A stretch of DNA of 64,000 bases from an uncultured Prevotella sp. (GTDB taxonomy: Bacteria; Bacteroidota; Bacteroidia; Bacteroidales; Bacteroidaceae): NCBI GenBank assembly GCA_944319945.1, contig CALUFN010000003.1, positions 4,101 through 68,100 on the forward strand, written 5' to 3'. Both the position numbers and the translations under genes were made by a program. The first letter of the stretch is position 1. Each line of letters starts with the position of its first letter. Shown here piece after piece: positions 29,376 through 39,982 of the stretch. Under the pieces are notes generated by a model. It was given only the letters and a program-made list of their open reading frames with translations, was not told the DNA's origin and searched no databases.

Positions 29376-31265
29376 ATGATGGACTCTCAAGAAAACACTC
29401 TCGGTCAAGAGAAGACGGAAGAACGGCTGAATGTCGCACCGGCGGACAACGGCGCACAGGGCGACGGCGACACTGCCAAGACAGACAACGCGGAGGACAC
29501 ATCCGCAGCTAATGAGACAGCGGAAACTCCTTCTGCCGAAATCGACTCATCGGAACAAAAGAAAGTTTATAAGAGCAAGAAAGAGGTGGTTGAAAGACTA
29601 AAGGAGATCGCCCGCGGCGGCGACGCTCCCAAGAAAGACGAGGTAGACTATCTCAAGACCGCTTTCTACAAACTTCACTTCGCCGAAAGGGAAGCCGACA
29701 TGAAGGCTTACGTAGAGGCCGGAGGCGACCCCGCCAATTATAAGGTGGTGCCTGACGCCGACGAAGAGGAATTTAAGGCCGAGATGAACGTGATAAAGGA
29801 GAAACGCGCGAAGATCTTCTTGGAACAGGAGCAGGAGAAACAAGCCAACCTGAAGAAGAAACTCGACATTATAGAGAAAATCAAAGCCATGATAACATCG
29901 CCCGACGAGGCGAACAAGTCATATCAGGAGTTTAAGAAGCTGCAGCAGGAATGGAAGGACATAAAGCTCGTTCCGGCAGAGAAGGCTAACGAACTGTGGC
30001 GCAACTATCAGCTTTACGTGGAGCAGTATTACGACCTGCTCAAGCTGAACAGCGAGGCGCGCGAGTATGACTTTAAGAAAAACCTTGAGATAAAGACTCG
30101 TCTGTGCGAAGCAGCCGAGAAGCTCGCAGACGAGAGCGACGTGATAAGCGCCTTCCACCAGTTGCAGAAGCTGCATCAGGAATACCGCGAGACTGGCCCC
30201 GTGGCAAAGGAGCTGCGCGAGGAGATATGGGCGCGCTTCAAGGCCGCGTCTACGGTGATAAACAAGCGTCACCAGCAACATTTCGAGGAATTGCGCTCTA
30301 AGGAGGAAGACAACCTCACGAGGAAGACCGCATTGTGCGAGCGTGTGGAAGAGATAGCTAAGGCTGAAATAAAGAATGCTGCCGAGTGGGACAAGAAAAC
30401 TAAAGAGATAATAGCCGTCCAAGCGGAATGGAAGACCATAGGCTTCGCCCCGCAGAAGATGAACGTCAAGATCTTTGAACGCTTCCGTGCGGCTTGCGAC
30501 GATTTCTTCGGCAAGAAGGCCGAGTACTTCAAGAGCATGAAACAGCAGTTCTCTGAAAACGCCGAGAAGAAGAAAGCCCTCGTAGAGCAGGCGCAAGCCC
30601 TGCAGGACAGCACCGACTGGAAAGCAACGAGCGACAAGCTGATAGCCCTGCAGAAGGAATGGAAGACGATAGGCATGGTGCCGAAGAAGCTCGGCGACAA
30701 GCTGTGGAACGACTTCCTCGCAGCCTGCAACCACTTCTTTGACGCACGCAACAGTGCCAATGCCGGCACCCGCAACGAGGAGCGTGCCAACCTTGAGAAG
30801 AAGCGTTCGATAATAGAACAGCTCAATGCTTTGGCCGAACAGCCCGAAGACGACATACAAGAGAAAGTGCGCGAGCTCATCGACGAATACAACTCCGTAG
30901 GCCATGTGCCGTTTAAGGAGAAAGACAAGCTCTATAAGGAGTATCACAACATCTTGGACAAACTATACAAGGAGCTGAACGTCTCTACCGCACGCCGTCG
31001 CTTGGATAAGTTCAGAAGCAACTTGAAGAACGTGGCCGAAAAGGGCGGCGACGCTCTTGACAACGAGCGCGCAAGGCTGATGCGCCGTTACGAGGCTCTC
31101 CGTCAGGAAATCCAAACGTATGAGAATAATATCGGATTCCTCAACGCGTCGAGCAAGAAAGGCAATTCACTGATTGACGAGATGAACCGCAAGGTGCAGA
31201 AGTTGAAAGACGACATGAACCTCGTGCGTGAGAAAATCAAGGCTATTGACGCCGAAAACAATTGA
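29376..31265 (+). CDS. DUF349 domain-containing coiled-coil protein
   Basis: Repeated LQQEWKDI / LWxRF.A.CDxFF units typical of DUF349. Confidence 0.85.
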   Translation: MMDSQENTLGQEKTEERLNVAPADNGAQGDGDTAKTDNAEDTSAANETAETPSAEIDSSEQKKVYKSKKEVVERLKEIARGGDAPKKDEVDYLKTAFYKLHFAEREADMKAYVEAGGDPANYKVVPDADEEEFKAEMNVIKEKRAKIFLEQEQEKQANLKKKLDIIEKIKAMITSPDEANKSYQEFKKLQQEWKDIKLVPAEKANELWRNYQLYVEQYYDLLKLNSEAREYDFKKNLEIKTRLCEAAEKLADESDVISAFHQLQKLHQEYRETGPVAKELREEIWARFKAASTVINKRHQQHFEELRSKEEDNLTRKTALCERVEEIAKAEIKNAAEWDKKTKEIIAVQAEWKTIGFAPQKMNVKIFERFRAACDDFFGKKAEYFKSMKQQFSENAEKKKALVEQAQALQDSTDWKATSDKLIALQKEWKTIGMVPKKLGDKLWNDFLAACNHFFDARNSANAGTRNEERANLEKKRSIIEQLNALAEQPEDDIQEKVRELIDEYNSVGHVPFKEKDKLYKEYHNILDKLYKELNVSTARRRLDKFRSNLKNVAEKGGDALDNERARLMRRYEALRQEIQTYENNIGFLNASSKKGNSLIDEMNRKVQKLKDDMNLVREKIKAIDAENN

Positions 31266-31282
31266 TAATTGAATGCTTAACC

Positions 31283-31350
31283 GAGAGTTAAGGATTAAGA
31301 AAAATACTCCAACCGCTGTAGTTCGGTGTTTTTCTTAGTTCTTAACTCTT
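31283..31350. repeat. Heptamer-built palindrome after the DUF349 gene
   Basis: GAGAGTTAAGGATTAAGAAAAA versus TTTTTCTTAGTTCTTAACTCTT. Confidence 0.8.
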
Positions 31351-31366
31351 TATCATTTGGTCTGAA

Positions 31367-32038
31367 ATGAAACACTTGCTCCTTTCCTTATTGGCCTTTG
31401 CTTGTGCGATGACGGCCGGTGCCCAGTCGTTGAAGCAGTGGCGCGACTCGTTAGAAGTGATCAACGGGAAGATAAACCTGCATCCGGATTCGCTCGGTTT
31501 GCAGCTCGAGCAGGCCGCCGTTAACCTGCAGTTGCTTGAGTGGGAAGACGCTGCCGATGCCTGCGGCCGTGTGCTCGAGGCTGATCACGACAACCTGCCG
31601 GCCTTGTTTTACAGGGCGTTTGCCAACAACAACCTGCGGCGTTACGCACTTGCTAAGAGCGATTACGAGCATTTCTTAAGCCTGTCGCCCCACAACATGG
31701 AGGCGAGGCTGGGGCTTGCGTACACCTACGAAAGGCTCGGACGCACCCAAGAGGCTTCAGACCAGCTGAACAATCTTGTGGAGATGTTCCCTGACAGCGG
31801 CGTGGTTTATGCGGCAAGAGCCGAGTTTGAGAAGGGCATGAAGCAGTATGACGTCGCGCTTTATGACATCGACGAGGCACTGAAGCGTGAGCCGGGCAAT
31901 CGTGATTACATCGTGTCTAAGGTTGAGATGCTGCTGCTGTCGGAAAGGAAAAGGGAGGCCAAGAGAGTGTTAGACGATGCCGTGCGCAACGGTGTGCCAC
32001 GAGGAATATTGCTCGAATGGTACGCCAAGTGCAAGTGA
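31367..32038 (+). CDS. Tetratricopeptide repeat protein with signal peptide
   Basis: Helical TPR-like repeats (ALFYRAFAN, ARLGLAYTY, VYAARAEFE). Confidence 0.85.
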   Translation: MKHLLLSLLAFACAMTAGAQSLKQWRDSLEVINGKINLHPDSLGLQLEQAAVNLQLLEWEDAADACGRVLEADHDNLPALFYRAFANNNLRRYALAKSDYEHFLSLSPHNMEARLGLAYTYERLGRTQEASDQLNNLVEMFPDSGVVYAARAEFEKGMKQYDVALYDIDEALKREPGNRDYIVSKVEMLLLSERKREAKRVLDDAVRNGVPRGILLEWYAKCK

Positions 32039-32087
32039 TGCCTTAGTATATACGTATTATCAACTAACTTACGCCAATCCGAAAGCC

Positions 32088-33032
32088 ATGCGTACTCGTA
32101 TTTACCAAATAGATTTCCTTAAATGTGTGTTCATCGTCTTGATGATAATATTCCATTTGGTTTACGTCGGCGATAAGTTTCCTTATGCCAAGCAGGTGGT
32201 TTACACGTTCCACATGTCGGCCTTTTTGGTGATCTCGGGCTATCTTGCCAACATGGACAAGAGCGTCGGCAGGTTCGCAGGTCAGGTCAAGTGGCTGTTC
32301 GTTCCTTATGCCGTCATGGAGTCGGGCTACGTCGTCATGGCTTCGTTCTTGCCCATACGAGAGCACATCGACAGTCTTACGCCGGCCTTGTTTTTCGACA
32401 AACTCCTGCTGCATCCTCTCGGCCCGTACTGGTATTTGCATACGCTGATAGTCTGCTACCTTATTTATTATGCCGTAAGCAGGCTAGGAAAGCGTCTCGA
32501 CCCGGTGTCTCAGGTGTGCCTGTTTGGTGTATGCCTTTTCGTGGTTTCACGCTTTTTGCGCATCATGTCGTTCGACAATGCCATATATTTTCTTGCCGGC
32601 GTGTTCGCGCGGCAGTGCGGTCAAGGCTTCATGCAGGTGTTCCGGCCGTCGTGGTTGGCAGCCGTTCCGCTTGCCTTGTTTTGCGTGTTCAGTCCCGGCG
32701 GCATGGACCGCTTCACGCTTCAGGGTGTCGTCATGACCTATCTTGCCATGAGTCTCGCCCTTGCTGAGTATCCTTACATAAGGCCTAAAGCCCGTAGGCT
32801 CGCCCTGTTCGTCGGTGAGAACACGCTTTCCATATTGCTTTTCTCGCCCATGTTCACCATTATCACCAAGCGTTTCGTGCCGTTGTTCAGCTTCGACCCT
32901 ACAGCTTTGCTTTATACGGCGGTGTCGGTTGTGTTCGTCGTAGCCGGCAGTTTGGGTGTTGCCTGGCTGCTTGACAGGCTGCGCCTTTCGCGCTGGTTTT
33001 GCGGTAAGGACAGGCTGTTGGCCGTGTATTGA
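32088..33032 (+). CDS. Acyltransferase family 3 (OafA-like) membrane protein
   Basis: IDFLKCVFIVLMIIFH, YTFHMSAFLVISGY and PYWYL; about 10 TM segments. Confidence 0.85.
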   Translation: MRTRIYQIDFLKCVFIVLMIIFHLVYVGDKFPYAKQVVYTFHMSAFLVISGYLANMDKSVGRFAGQVKWLFVPYAVMESGYVVMASFLPIREHIDSLTPALFFDKLLLHPLGPYWYLHTLIVCYLIYYAVSRLGKRLDPVSQVCLFGVCLFVVSRFLRIMSFDNAIYFLAGVFARQCGQGFMQVFRPSWLAAVPLALFCVFSPGGMDRFTLQGVVMTYLAMSLALAEYPYIRPKARRLALFVGENTLSILLFSPMFTIITKRFVPLFSFDPTALLYTAVSVVFVVAGSLGVAWLLDRLRLSRWFCGKDRLLAVY

Positions 33033-33224
33033 AACACGTTTGAAACAATATTTTATCCGTAATTTAACGCCGAACGCCATGAAAGAACAGAATAATAAGT
33101 ATAATTTTGCAAAAACTTTGAACGCCTTCCGGCCTTCGGGTTTTCTACGGTTTCGGCCCGTGTCTTAGGCCGAAGCTCTTTAACTTAATGCTTTATATGT
33201 TTTCATTCTGAACAAAATAACGAC

Positions 33225-35324
33225 ATGGTTGTAAAGAATAATTCAAAGAAGAAGAAGGAAACGCGCTACGTTGAGCGCGACGTGAGCTGGATGTACTTCA
33301 ACCACCGCATATTGCAGGAAGCCCGCAAGGAGAACATTCCGCTGCTTGAGAGACTTTCGTTCCTCGGCATTTACTCAAACAACCTCGACGAGTTTTTCCG
33401 CGTGCGTATGGCTTCGCTCAACCGCCTGCTGGAGTCTGACAACAAGGAAATACGCAAGCAGCACGACAACATACGGAAAACCATCAAGACGATTAACAAG
33501 CTCAACACACAGTTCAGTCAGGAGTACACCGTCGCGATAGACGAAGTGTTCAGGGCGCTTGAGGAACATAACATACGCCTTCTTGACAACACGAAGCTCA
33601 ACGAGGAGCAGGAGGCGTTTCTCCGTGCCTACTTCCACGACCGCCTTAACGGTTACACAAATCCTATATGGTTCTCGGAGATCGACGAGATAGGCCAGCT
33701 TGAGGACAACCGCATTTACCTTTTGGTGAAGAAAACCGAGCAGACCGACGGGTTACACATGCCCAAGAGCAGCTTAGCTATAATCAAGGTGCCTGACAGG
33801 GAGAACGGACGTTTCGTCAAGTTGCCGTCGTCAGACGGTTACGACAACATCATGTATCTCGACGACGTGGTGCGTTATTGCCTTCCGCTCATCTTCATCG
33901 GCTTCAAGCCGAGCACGTTCGAGGCTTACTCGTTTAAGTTTACGAAAGACGCCGAGATGGAAATGGAGAACGACTTCGACTACGGCGTGCTGCAGAAGAT
34001 AGCCAAAGGAGTGAACAGCCGCAGGCACGGCGACCCCGTGCGCCTCATCTACGACAAGCAGATGCCTAAGGACATGAGGAAGAAGCTGATGTCGAAAATC
34101 GACGTGAGCAAGCTCGACGCGTCGCTCGCCAGCAGCCGTTACCAGAACCACCGCGACCTGATGGGCTTCCCCGACTGCGGCCACGAGGAACTGAAGTTCC
34201 CCAAGTGGAAGCCTATAATGAAGCCCGAGTTTCTCTCGCAGGAAAGCATTCTCGACCAAATACGCCGCAAGGACCTGTTCATACACGTGCCTTACCACTC
34301 GTTCGACGGCTACATCCGCGTGTTGCGCGAGGCCGCGCTGAAGCCTGAGGTGAAGTCGATAAAGACCACCTTGTACCGCTTGGCGAAAGACTCAAAGGTG
34401 GTCAAAGCGCTGATCTGCGCCGCACGCAACGGCAAGAAGGTTACGGCCGTGGTAGAGTTGCTGGCCCGTTTTGACGAGGAGAGCAACATAAAGTGGAGCA
34501 AGCGCATGCAGGAAGAGGGCATCAACGTGATCTTCGGCGTGGAGGGACTTAAGATTCACTCTAAGCTGTTGTACATAGAGTCGAAGCAGGGCAACATAGC
34601 CTGCATAGGCACGGGCAACTTCCACGAAGGCAACGCCAAGACCTACACCGACTACCTGATGATGACCGCGAGGAAGAACATAGTGCAGGAGGTGAAGAAA
34701 GTGTTCGACTTCATTGACCGTCCCTTCTCCCAGGTGCGTTTCAAGGAACTGATGGTGTCGCCCAACTCGATGAAAAACCGCATCCTCTCGCTCATCAACA
34801 ACGAGATAAAGAACGCCCGCGCAGGCCGCGAGGCGTGGATAAGGATGAAGATAAACCACATCACCGAGCTTGACGTAGTAAACAAACTCTACGCCGCGTC
34901 GGCCGCCGGCGTGAAGATAGGCATAGTGCTCCGAGGCAACTGCTCGCTCGTGACGGGCGTGCCCGGCGTGAGCGACAACATCAAGGCCGTGGGCATAATA
35001 GACCGCTACCTGGAGCATTCGCGCATACTGATATTCTGCAACGGCGGCGCGCCGAAGTATTACATAGGCAGTGCCGACTGGATGCCGCGCAACCTGCTCA
35101 ACCGCATCGAGGTGATGACGCCCGTCTACGACGCCGACATGCAACGCGACCTGATGCGTACGGTGGAGTACGGACTGAAAGACTCTACTAACGGACGAAT
35201 AGTAGACGGCTCGGGCATGAACGTGATACAGGCGGCCGAAGGCGACCGCCCCTTCCGCTCGCAAGAGGAGCTGCACAACGCTTACGAGGCCGAGGCTGCG
35301 GCCGCAAGCACGACGGCGGAATGA
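33225..35324 (+). CDS. ppk1: Polyphosphate kinase 1
   Basis: RDVSWMYFNHRIL, SNNLDEFFRVR, TTLYR, ELLARFDEESN, phospho-His KIHSK, GTGNFH, RYLEHSR and SADWMPRN. Confidence 0.97.
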   Translation: MVVKNNSKKKKETRYVERDVSWMYFNHRILQEARKENIPLLERLSFLGIYSNNLDEFFRVRMASLNRLLESDNKEIRKQHDNIRKTIKTINKLNTQFSQEYTVAIDEVFRALEEHNIRLLDNTKLNEEQEAFLRAYFHDRLNGYTNPIWFSEIDEIGQLEDNRIYLLVKKTEQTDGLHMPKSSLAIIKVPDRENGRFVKLPSSDGYDNIMYLDDVVRYCLPLIFIGFKPSTFEAYSFKFTKDAEMEMENDFDYGVLQKIAKGVNSRRHGDPVRLIYDKQMPKDMRKKLMSKIDVSKLDASLASSRYQNHRDLMGFPDCGHEELKFPKWKPIMKPEFLSQESILDQIRRKDLFIHVPYHSFDGYIRVLREAALKPEVKSIKTTLYRLAKDSKVVKALICAARNGKKVTAVVELLARFDEESNIKWSKRMQEEGINVIFGVEGLKIHSKLLYIESKQGNIACIGTGNFHEGNAKTYTDYLMMTARKNIVQEVKKVFDFIDRPFSQVRFKELMVSPNSMKNRILSLINNEIKNARAGREAWIRMKINHITELDVVNKLYAASAAGVKIGIVLRGNCSLVTGVPGVSDNIKAVGIIDRYLEHSRILIFCNGGAPKYYIGSADWMPRNLLNRIEVMTPVYDADMQRDLMRTVEYGLKDSTNGRIVDGSGMNVIQAAEGDRPFRSQEELHNAYEAEAAAASTTAE

Positions 35325-35411
35325 CCACGACAAAATAAACGGCCCCAAAATACGTTATTTAAATATACCATTCATGCGTAAGGCGTGTAAGGAAGTAAAA
35401 AAGCAAAAACC

Positions 35412-36296
35412 ATGAGATTAGCGGCAATAGACATTGGTTCAAACGGAGCGCGACTGCTCATTAAGAACTTCAGGACTGCCCAAGACGGCAGCCAACAGAT
35501 TTCACGCGTGATGTACATGCGTGTCCCCCTGCGTTTAGGTTCCGACGTGTTCACGCTCGGAAAGATATCAAAGGAACGCGCGGTGATGATGAAGCACATG
35601 CTGAAGGCGTTTTACCAGCTGATGAAACTCAACTCGGTTGACGACTACCGCGCCTGCGCCACATCGGCCATGCGCGACGCCGAGAACGGCAAGAAGGTGC
35701 TCGACAAGCTGCGCAAGGCCACCGACATCGACATTGAGATAATCAACGGCCGCGAGGAGGCCCGTCTGCTGTGCAACAACATTGTGGAAAACATCGGCAG
35801 CGCAAGCGGCAATTACGCTTACATCGACGTGGGCGGAGGCAGCACGGAGATATCTCTGCTCCACGACGGGCAGCTCAGCCACAGTCACTCTTACAACATC
35901 GGTACGCTGAGGATGCTCGGCGGCATGGTGTCGAAAGAGACCGTGGAGAACATGAAGGCCGACCTTCGCCGATTCGCCCAAGACATGCCCGACGTGCGCA
36001 TGATAGGCTCCGGAGGCAACATCAACAAGCTCTTCAAACTCACCCACTCGGGCAAGGACCCGCGCGAGGTGACCATTGCCGAGATAAAGGATGTCTACGC
36101 CAAGCTCAAGCAGCTGAGCGTCGACGAGCGCATAGAGCAGTACGGCCTTAAGGCCGACCGCGCCGACGTGATCATTCCGGCGTCTGAGATATTCATGATA
36201 GTGGCCGACGCCCTCGGATGCGACAGTATACAGGTGCCTAACATCAGCTTGGCGGACAGCATCATCGACGGACTCTATCGCACGAAGTATGAATAA
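35412..36296 (+). CDS. ppx: Exopolyphosphatase Ppx/GppA (catalytic domain only)
   Basis: AAIDIGSN, ATSAMRDA, GREEA, DVGGGSTE and RADVI. Confidence 0.9.
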   Translation: MRLAAIDIGSNGARLLIKNFRTAQDGSQQISRVMYMRVPLRLGSDVFTLGKISKERAVMMKHMLKAFYQLMKLNSVDDYRACATSAMRDAENGKKVLDKLRKATDIDIEIINGREEARLLCNNIVENIGSASGNYAYIDVGGGSTEISLLHDGQLSHSHSYNIGTLRMLGGMVSKETVENMKADLRRFAQDMPDVRMIGSGGNINKLFKLTHSGKDPREVTIAEIKDVYAKLKQLSVDERIEQYGLKADRADVIIPASEIFMIVADALGCDSIQVPNISLADSIIDGLYRTKYE

Positions 36297-36428
36297 TTAA
36301 GAAAATGAATAATGAAAAATGAACAATGAAAAATCAGGGAATGAAAAACGAATAATCAGGATATGTGTTTCAGCTTGAACAAAGTCTAACCGGAATTTTT
36401 CATTGTTCAGTTTTAATTTTTCATTCGT
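36297..36428. repeat. AATGAAW heptamer-built imperfect palindrome after ppx
   Basis: AATGAAT/AATGAAA/AATGAAC units on the left and TTTTTCATTGTTCA...TTTTTCATTC on the right. Confidence 0.75.
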
Positions 36429-36496
36429 AAATTGCGCCATAATGTCGGTCTTAACCGACATTATGGCGCAATTTGTGTATTGGTACGCATCTTGCA
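36429..36496 (+). promoter_or_regulatory. Perfect 21-bp-arm palindrome followed by a sigma54-like -24/-12 element upstream of hsp20
   Basis: AAATTGCGCCATAATGTCGGT-CTTA-ACCGACATTATGGCGCAATTT (36429-36474); TTGGTACGCATCTTGCA (36480-36496, GG-N10-GC). Confidence 0.65.
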
Positions 36497-36577
36497 ATAT
36501 GATAAGTGAAGGCCGACGGGAACACCGGAGGCCGCGAAACAAAACAGCATTCAATAACAATTAATGAATAGGAGACA

Positions 36578-37009
36578 ATGATTATGACACCAGTTAATCG
36601 TAAAAATTCTTGGTTACCCGACGTATTCAACGATTTCTTCGACACCGACTTCATGCCGCGCACCAATGCTACGGCACCTGCAATAAACGTCAAGGAGAGC
36701 GAGACCGACTATGAAGTGGAGGTTGCCGCGCCGGGTATGACGAAGGAAGACTTCAACGTGCACCTCAACCAAGAAGGCGACTTGCACATTAAGATGGAGA
36801 GCAAGAAGGAGCATACGGACGACAACAAGAAGGCTCACTATCTGCGTCGCGAGTTCGCTTACTCGAAGTTCGAGCAGACATTGATTCTCCCCGACGACGT
36901 TGACCGCAACAACATATCAGCCCGCGTGGCCGACGGCGTGCTCACCGTGGTGCTGCCTAAGATAAAGAAAGAAGAGCAGAACGTGGTTAGGCAGATTACG
37001 GTTGGATGA
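36578..37009 (+). CDS. Small heat shock protein Hsp20/alpha-crystallin
   Basis: PAINVKE, EVAAPG, YLRREFAYSKFEQ and GVLTVVLPK. Confidence 0.95.
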   Translation: MIMTPVNRKNSWLPDVFNDFFDTDFMPRTNATAPAINVKESETDYEVEVAAPGMTKEDFNVHLNQEGDLHIKMESKKEHTDDNKKAHYLRREFAYSKFEQTLILPDDVDRNNISARVADGVLTVVLPKIKKEEQNVVRQITVG

Positions 37010-37035
37010 CATTTTAGGATTTAGTGAAGTTATAG

Positions 37036-37070
37036 AAGTTACCGCTCCCTGCGAGCGGTAACTTTTTTTT
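37036..37070. terminator. Intrinsic terminator after hsp20, probably bidirectional
   Basis: AAGTTACCGCTC-CCTGC-GAGCGGTAACTT followed by a T-run. Confidence 0.85.
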
Positions 37071-37083
37071 ATTTTATAAATTC

Positions 37084-38163
37084 TCAAAAACCGTACACCT
37101 CCTTGAGCTTCGCGCCGAGCGCATCGCCGCGCAAGTCTACGGCCACTATCTTTCCGCTGCCGTCGAGCAGCACGTTGGCCGGTATGGCGTTGATGCCGTA
37201 TGTGGAGGCTGCGGCCGACTGCCAGCCCTTCAGGTCGCTGATGTTGGGCCACTCCATGCCTATCTGTTTGATGGCGTTTTTCCACGCTTCGGCCTTATTG
37301 TCGAACGAAACGCCGACCACCTCGAAGCCCTTTTCGTGGTATTTCTTATAGTTCGCCACTACGTTGGGCATCTCCTGTCGGCACGGTCCGCACCAGCTTG
37401 CCCAAAAGTCCACCAGCACATAGTTGCCCTTGCCGCACCAGTCGCTCAGCTTGTGCGCCTGTCCAGCAGTGTCGTTCATCGTCAGGTCGGTGAACTGCAT
37501 GCCCGGCCTGCGCTTCTCTAAGGCGGCCAACTGGCGCTTTACGCCGGCCATTGCGGGGTGGTTATAGTAAGGGGCGGTCTCGGGGAGCAGCGCCTTCAGC
37601 TCGTCGTAGCCGAGCATGTAAGACACCGTGCCGATATAAACGGCCGGTATGAGATTGTCCTTATTCTCGTTGATGATGCCGAGCGTAGCGTCTTTCTTCT
37701 CGCCCCAAGTCTCGTTGAGCTGCGCCTCCAGCTCCTTCGCCTTGGCCTTGCCTGTGGCCGAAGTGTCTTTAGCCACGGCCATGTATTCGGGATACAGCTT
37801 GTTCATCTGCTGGTTGTATTTGTCCAGTTGCTGCTCGTATCCGTAGAGTTTCTTGTTCAGTTCAGAGCCTGTCAAGGTGTTGCTTGCGGTGTTGAAGTCA
37901 ACGGGAGTGCCGTCGTTGAACACCGGATAGTAGTAGTCTTGTGTCATCACGTACATTATCTCGTTGAGTTGGCGAGTGCCGCTGAACTCGAATTTTCCGT
38001 TGTTTACTGCCGCGCTGTCTATCGGTTCGCGCTGGTTCATTACTCCCAAGTACACCTTCTTCACGTCTGCGCCCACCGTGCCCGTAATTTTGTAGACCGT
38101 GTTTTGCGCCGAGGCCGACATGCATCCGAGCGCAAGTGCGGCGATGGTAAGAGTCTTTTTCAT
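37084..38163 (-). CDS. TlpA-like thiol:disulfide oxidoreductase (DUF4369 + AhpC/TSA)
   Basis: Signal peptide, DFWASWCGPC and YGINAIPAN. Confidence 0.9.
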   Translation of the reverse strand: MKKTLTIAALALGCMSASAQNTVYKITGTVGADVKKVYLGVMNQREPIDSAAVNNGKFEFSGTRQLNEIMYVMTQDYYYPVFNDGTPVDFNTASNTLTGSELNKKLYGYEQQLDKYNQQMNKLYPEYMAVAKDTSATGKAKAKELEAQLNETWGEKKDATLGIINENKDNLIPAVYIGTVSYMLGYDELKALLPETAPYYNHPAMAGVKRQLAALEKRRPGMQFTDLTMNDTAGQAHKLSDWCGKGNYVLVDFWASWCGPCRQEMPNVVANYKKYHEKGFEVVGVSFDNKAEAWKNAIKQIGMEWPNISDLKGWQSAAASTYGINAIPANVLLDGSGKIVAVDLRGDALGAKLKEVYGF

Positions 38164-38289
38164 TGTTTGTCAGGTTTTAATGTATTACTTAACGCAAAGG
38201 TATCGTTTAAATCCAACAGTACAAACAAAATCGTTTAAAATCTCATCAAGTTTACGTTTTTTATATAAACCGAAATCGCACGAAATGCC

Positions 38290-38368
38290 GAAGGCCGTGT
38301 TTTGCGCCCTGAAAGGCGGCAAATGGCACGATGAAAGGTTACCTTTTGCAAGCCCAAAGGCCGTCTTT
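38290..38368. repeat. 22-bp-phased palindrome array 5 (4 units)
   Basis: Units at 38290, 38312, 38334, 38356: GAAGGCCGTGTTT, AAAGGCGGCAAAT, AAAGGTTACCTTT, AAAGGCCGTCTTT. Confidence 0.85.
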
Positions 38369-38473
38369 TGGAACGTTGAGTGTAATAAGCTGACAGCCAG
38401 TGGGTTATGGCGCGTGGTGAAAAGCGCGTCCATAAGTCGTCTGAAATGCGGGAAGTGCCGTTAAATTACCTTC

Positions 38474-39819
38474 TCATTTTTTATGCGCATAGAACCACCA
38501 AGAGCTTATTGCTGCCGACGTCAGTATTTCCGCCAACGGCATGGAAAGCCAGATGCCTTCCGTTCCCAACAGCAATGGGAGCAGGATAAATACGGGTATA
38601 AGCAATCCTATTCCGCGTAAGAACACAAACGTCATGGCCGCTTTCATGCGTTCAATGCTCTGGCAATAGCCTACGATGGCGACATTCAGGATGAAGAACG
38701 GGATGCCTACGGCGTAATAGGGGAACCCGTCTTGTGCGATGCGGGCGGCCGTGCTGTCCGGATTCAGGAACAAGCCAACCAAAAGGTGAGGCACGAATAT
38801 GAAGAGAGCCGTTACGGCTATGCCGCACAACATGGAGGTGGCGATCAGCAGGCGGCGCGCCTTCGCCACATAGTCCCAACGCGATATGCCGTAATTGTAG
38901 CTGATAATAGGCTGTGCCGACTGGGCCACCGCATTACCTATGTTGAAGAAGAAAGGCGTATAGAGCAGGCAATGCCGAAGGCTGCCACGCCGTCGTCGCC
39001 CAAATGCCTCATGAACATGAGATTTCCCATAAAGATAAGCACCGCCAACGTCATTTCGCCCAGCAACGAAGGCGAGCCGATGCGGCAGTGGTAACCGATG
39101 TTGCGCAGGGAAAGGCGCAGGCTCTTCATGCTCAACTTCGGCATGACGGGGCTTAATGTCCGGGCGTAAAACAGCAGATAGGCAAGCGCGATGATTCCGC
39201 CGGTCATAATGCTGATGGAGGTGGCGACGGCCGCGCCTTTCACACCCCAGCCGAGCGGGAAAATCATAACCCAGTCAAGCACGATGTTCATCAGTGCCGA
39301 TACGACATTGCACCACATCGCGACTTTGGGCGCACCGTCCAAGCGGATGATGAACAGTCCGATGAGGCTCCACATCTGAAAGACATAGCTTGGCATTATC
39401 CAAAACAGGTAATCGCTTGCCAACGGAAGTAAAGTGTCTGACGATCCCAGCAGGCGTGCGGACCGGTCGGGAAATAACATGGCAAGCACGCATACCATGG
39501 CTGTCAGCAATGTGGAAAACAGCAGGGCTTGCGTCAGGTTCATTCGTGCAGCCTTTATTTTTTGCCTTGCCATGTGTATTGACACGACTACGGAACATCC
39601 GGCGCCAAGCATCAACCCGATGCCGGAAAACACCTGATATACGGGCCCGACAATATTTACGGCGGCGACGCCGTCGCTGCCCACGGCGTGCCCCACGAAG
39701 ATGCCGTCGATGGTAGTCATTGCCGACATGGACAACGTGCCCAGCAAGGTGGGAATCAGGAGTTTGCGGTACAAAGTGGAAACATTCGTGTTTTTGAAAT
39801 CAATTGCGTCTTTTGTCAT
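38474..39819 (-). pseudogene. MATE-family (MepA-like) efflux transporter split by a 1-nt frameshift near 38964
   Basis: N-part MTKDAIDF...DGIFVGHAVG...IRLDGAP...AFGIAC, C-part AQSAQPIISYNYG. Adding one base (TGC T[A]C TAT) gives continuous GIACYYTPFFFNIGNAVAQ. Confidence 0.85.
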
Positions 39820-39982
39820 TTCCTCATTCTTTAGTGTTAAGATCGTTTTGCGTTTGCAAAGATAGGGCGGTTTTGCCGTATAAGTGCATAATAATCCTGC
39901 CGGTAATGGTACTTTTCGATACAAATGCATTGATGTTAAAGCTAAAACCTCTATCTTTGCATAAGATTGTCAAAACAGCCTT

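Noticed and set aside
33225-36296. ppk1-ppx, tamB-tamL, lemA-htpX and parAB-mltD-relA clusters as novel systems
   Set aside because: These are gene neighbourhoods commonly seen in Bacteroidetes; nothing in the sequences departs from the expected families.
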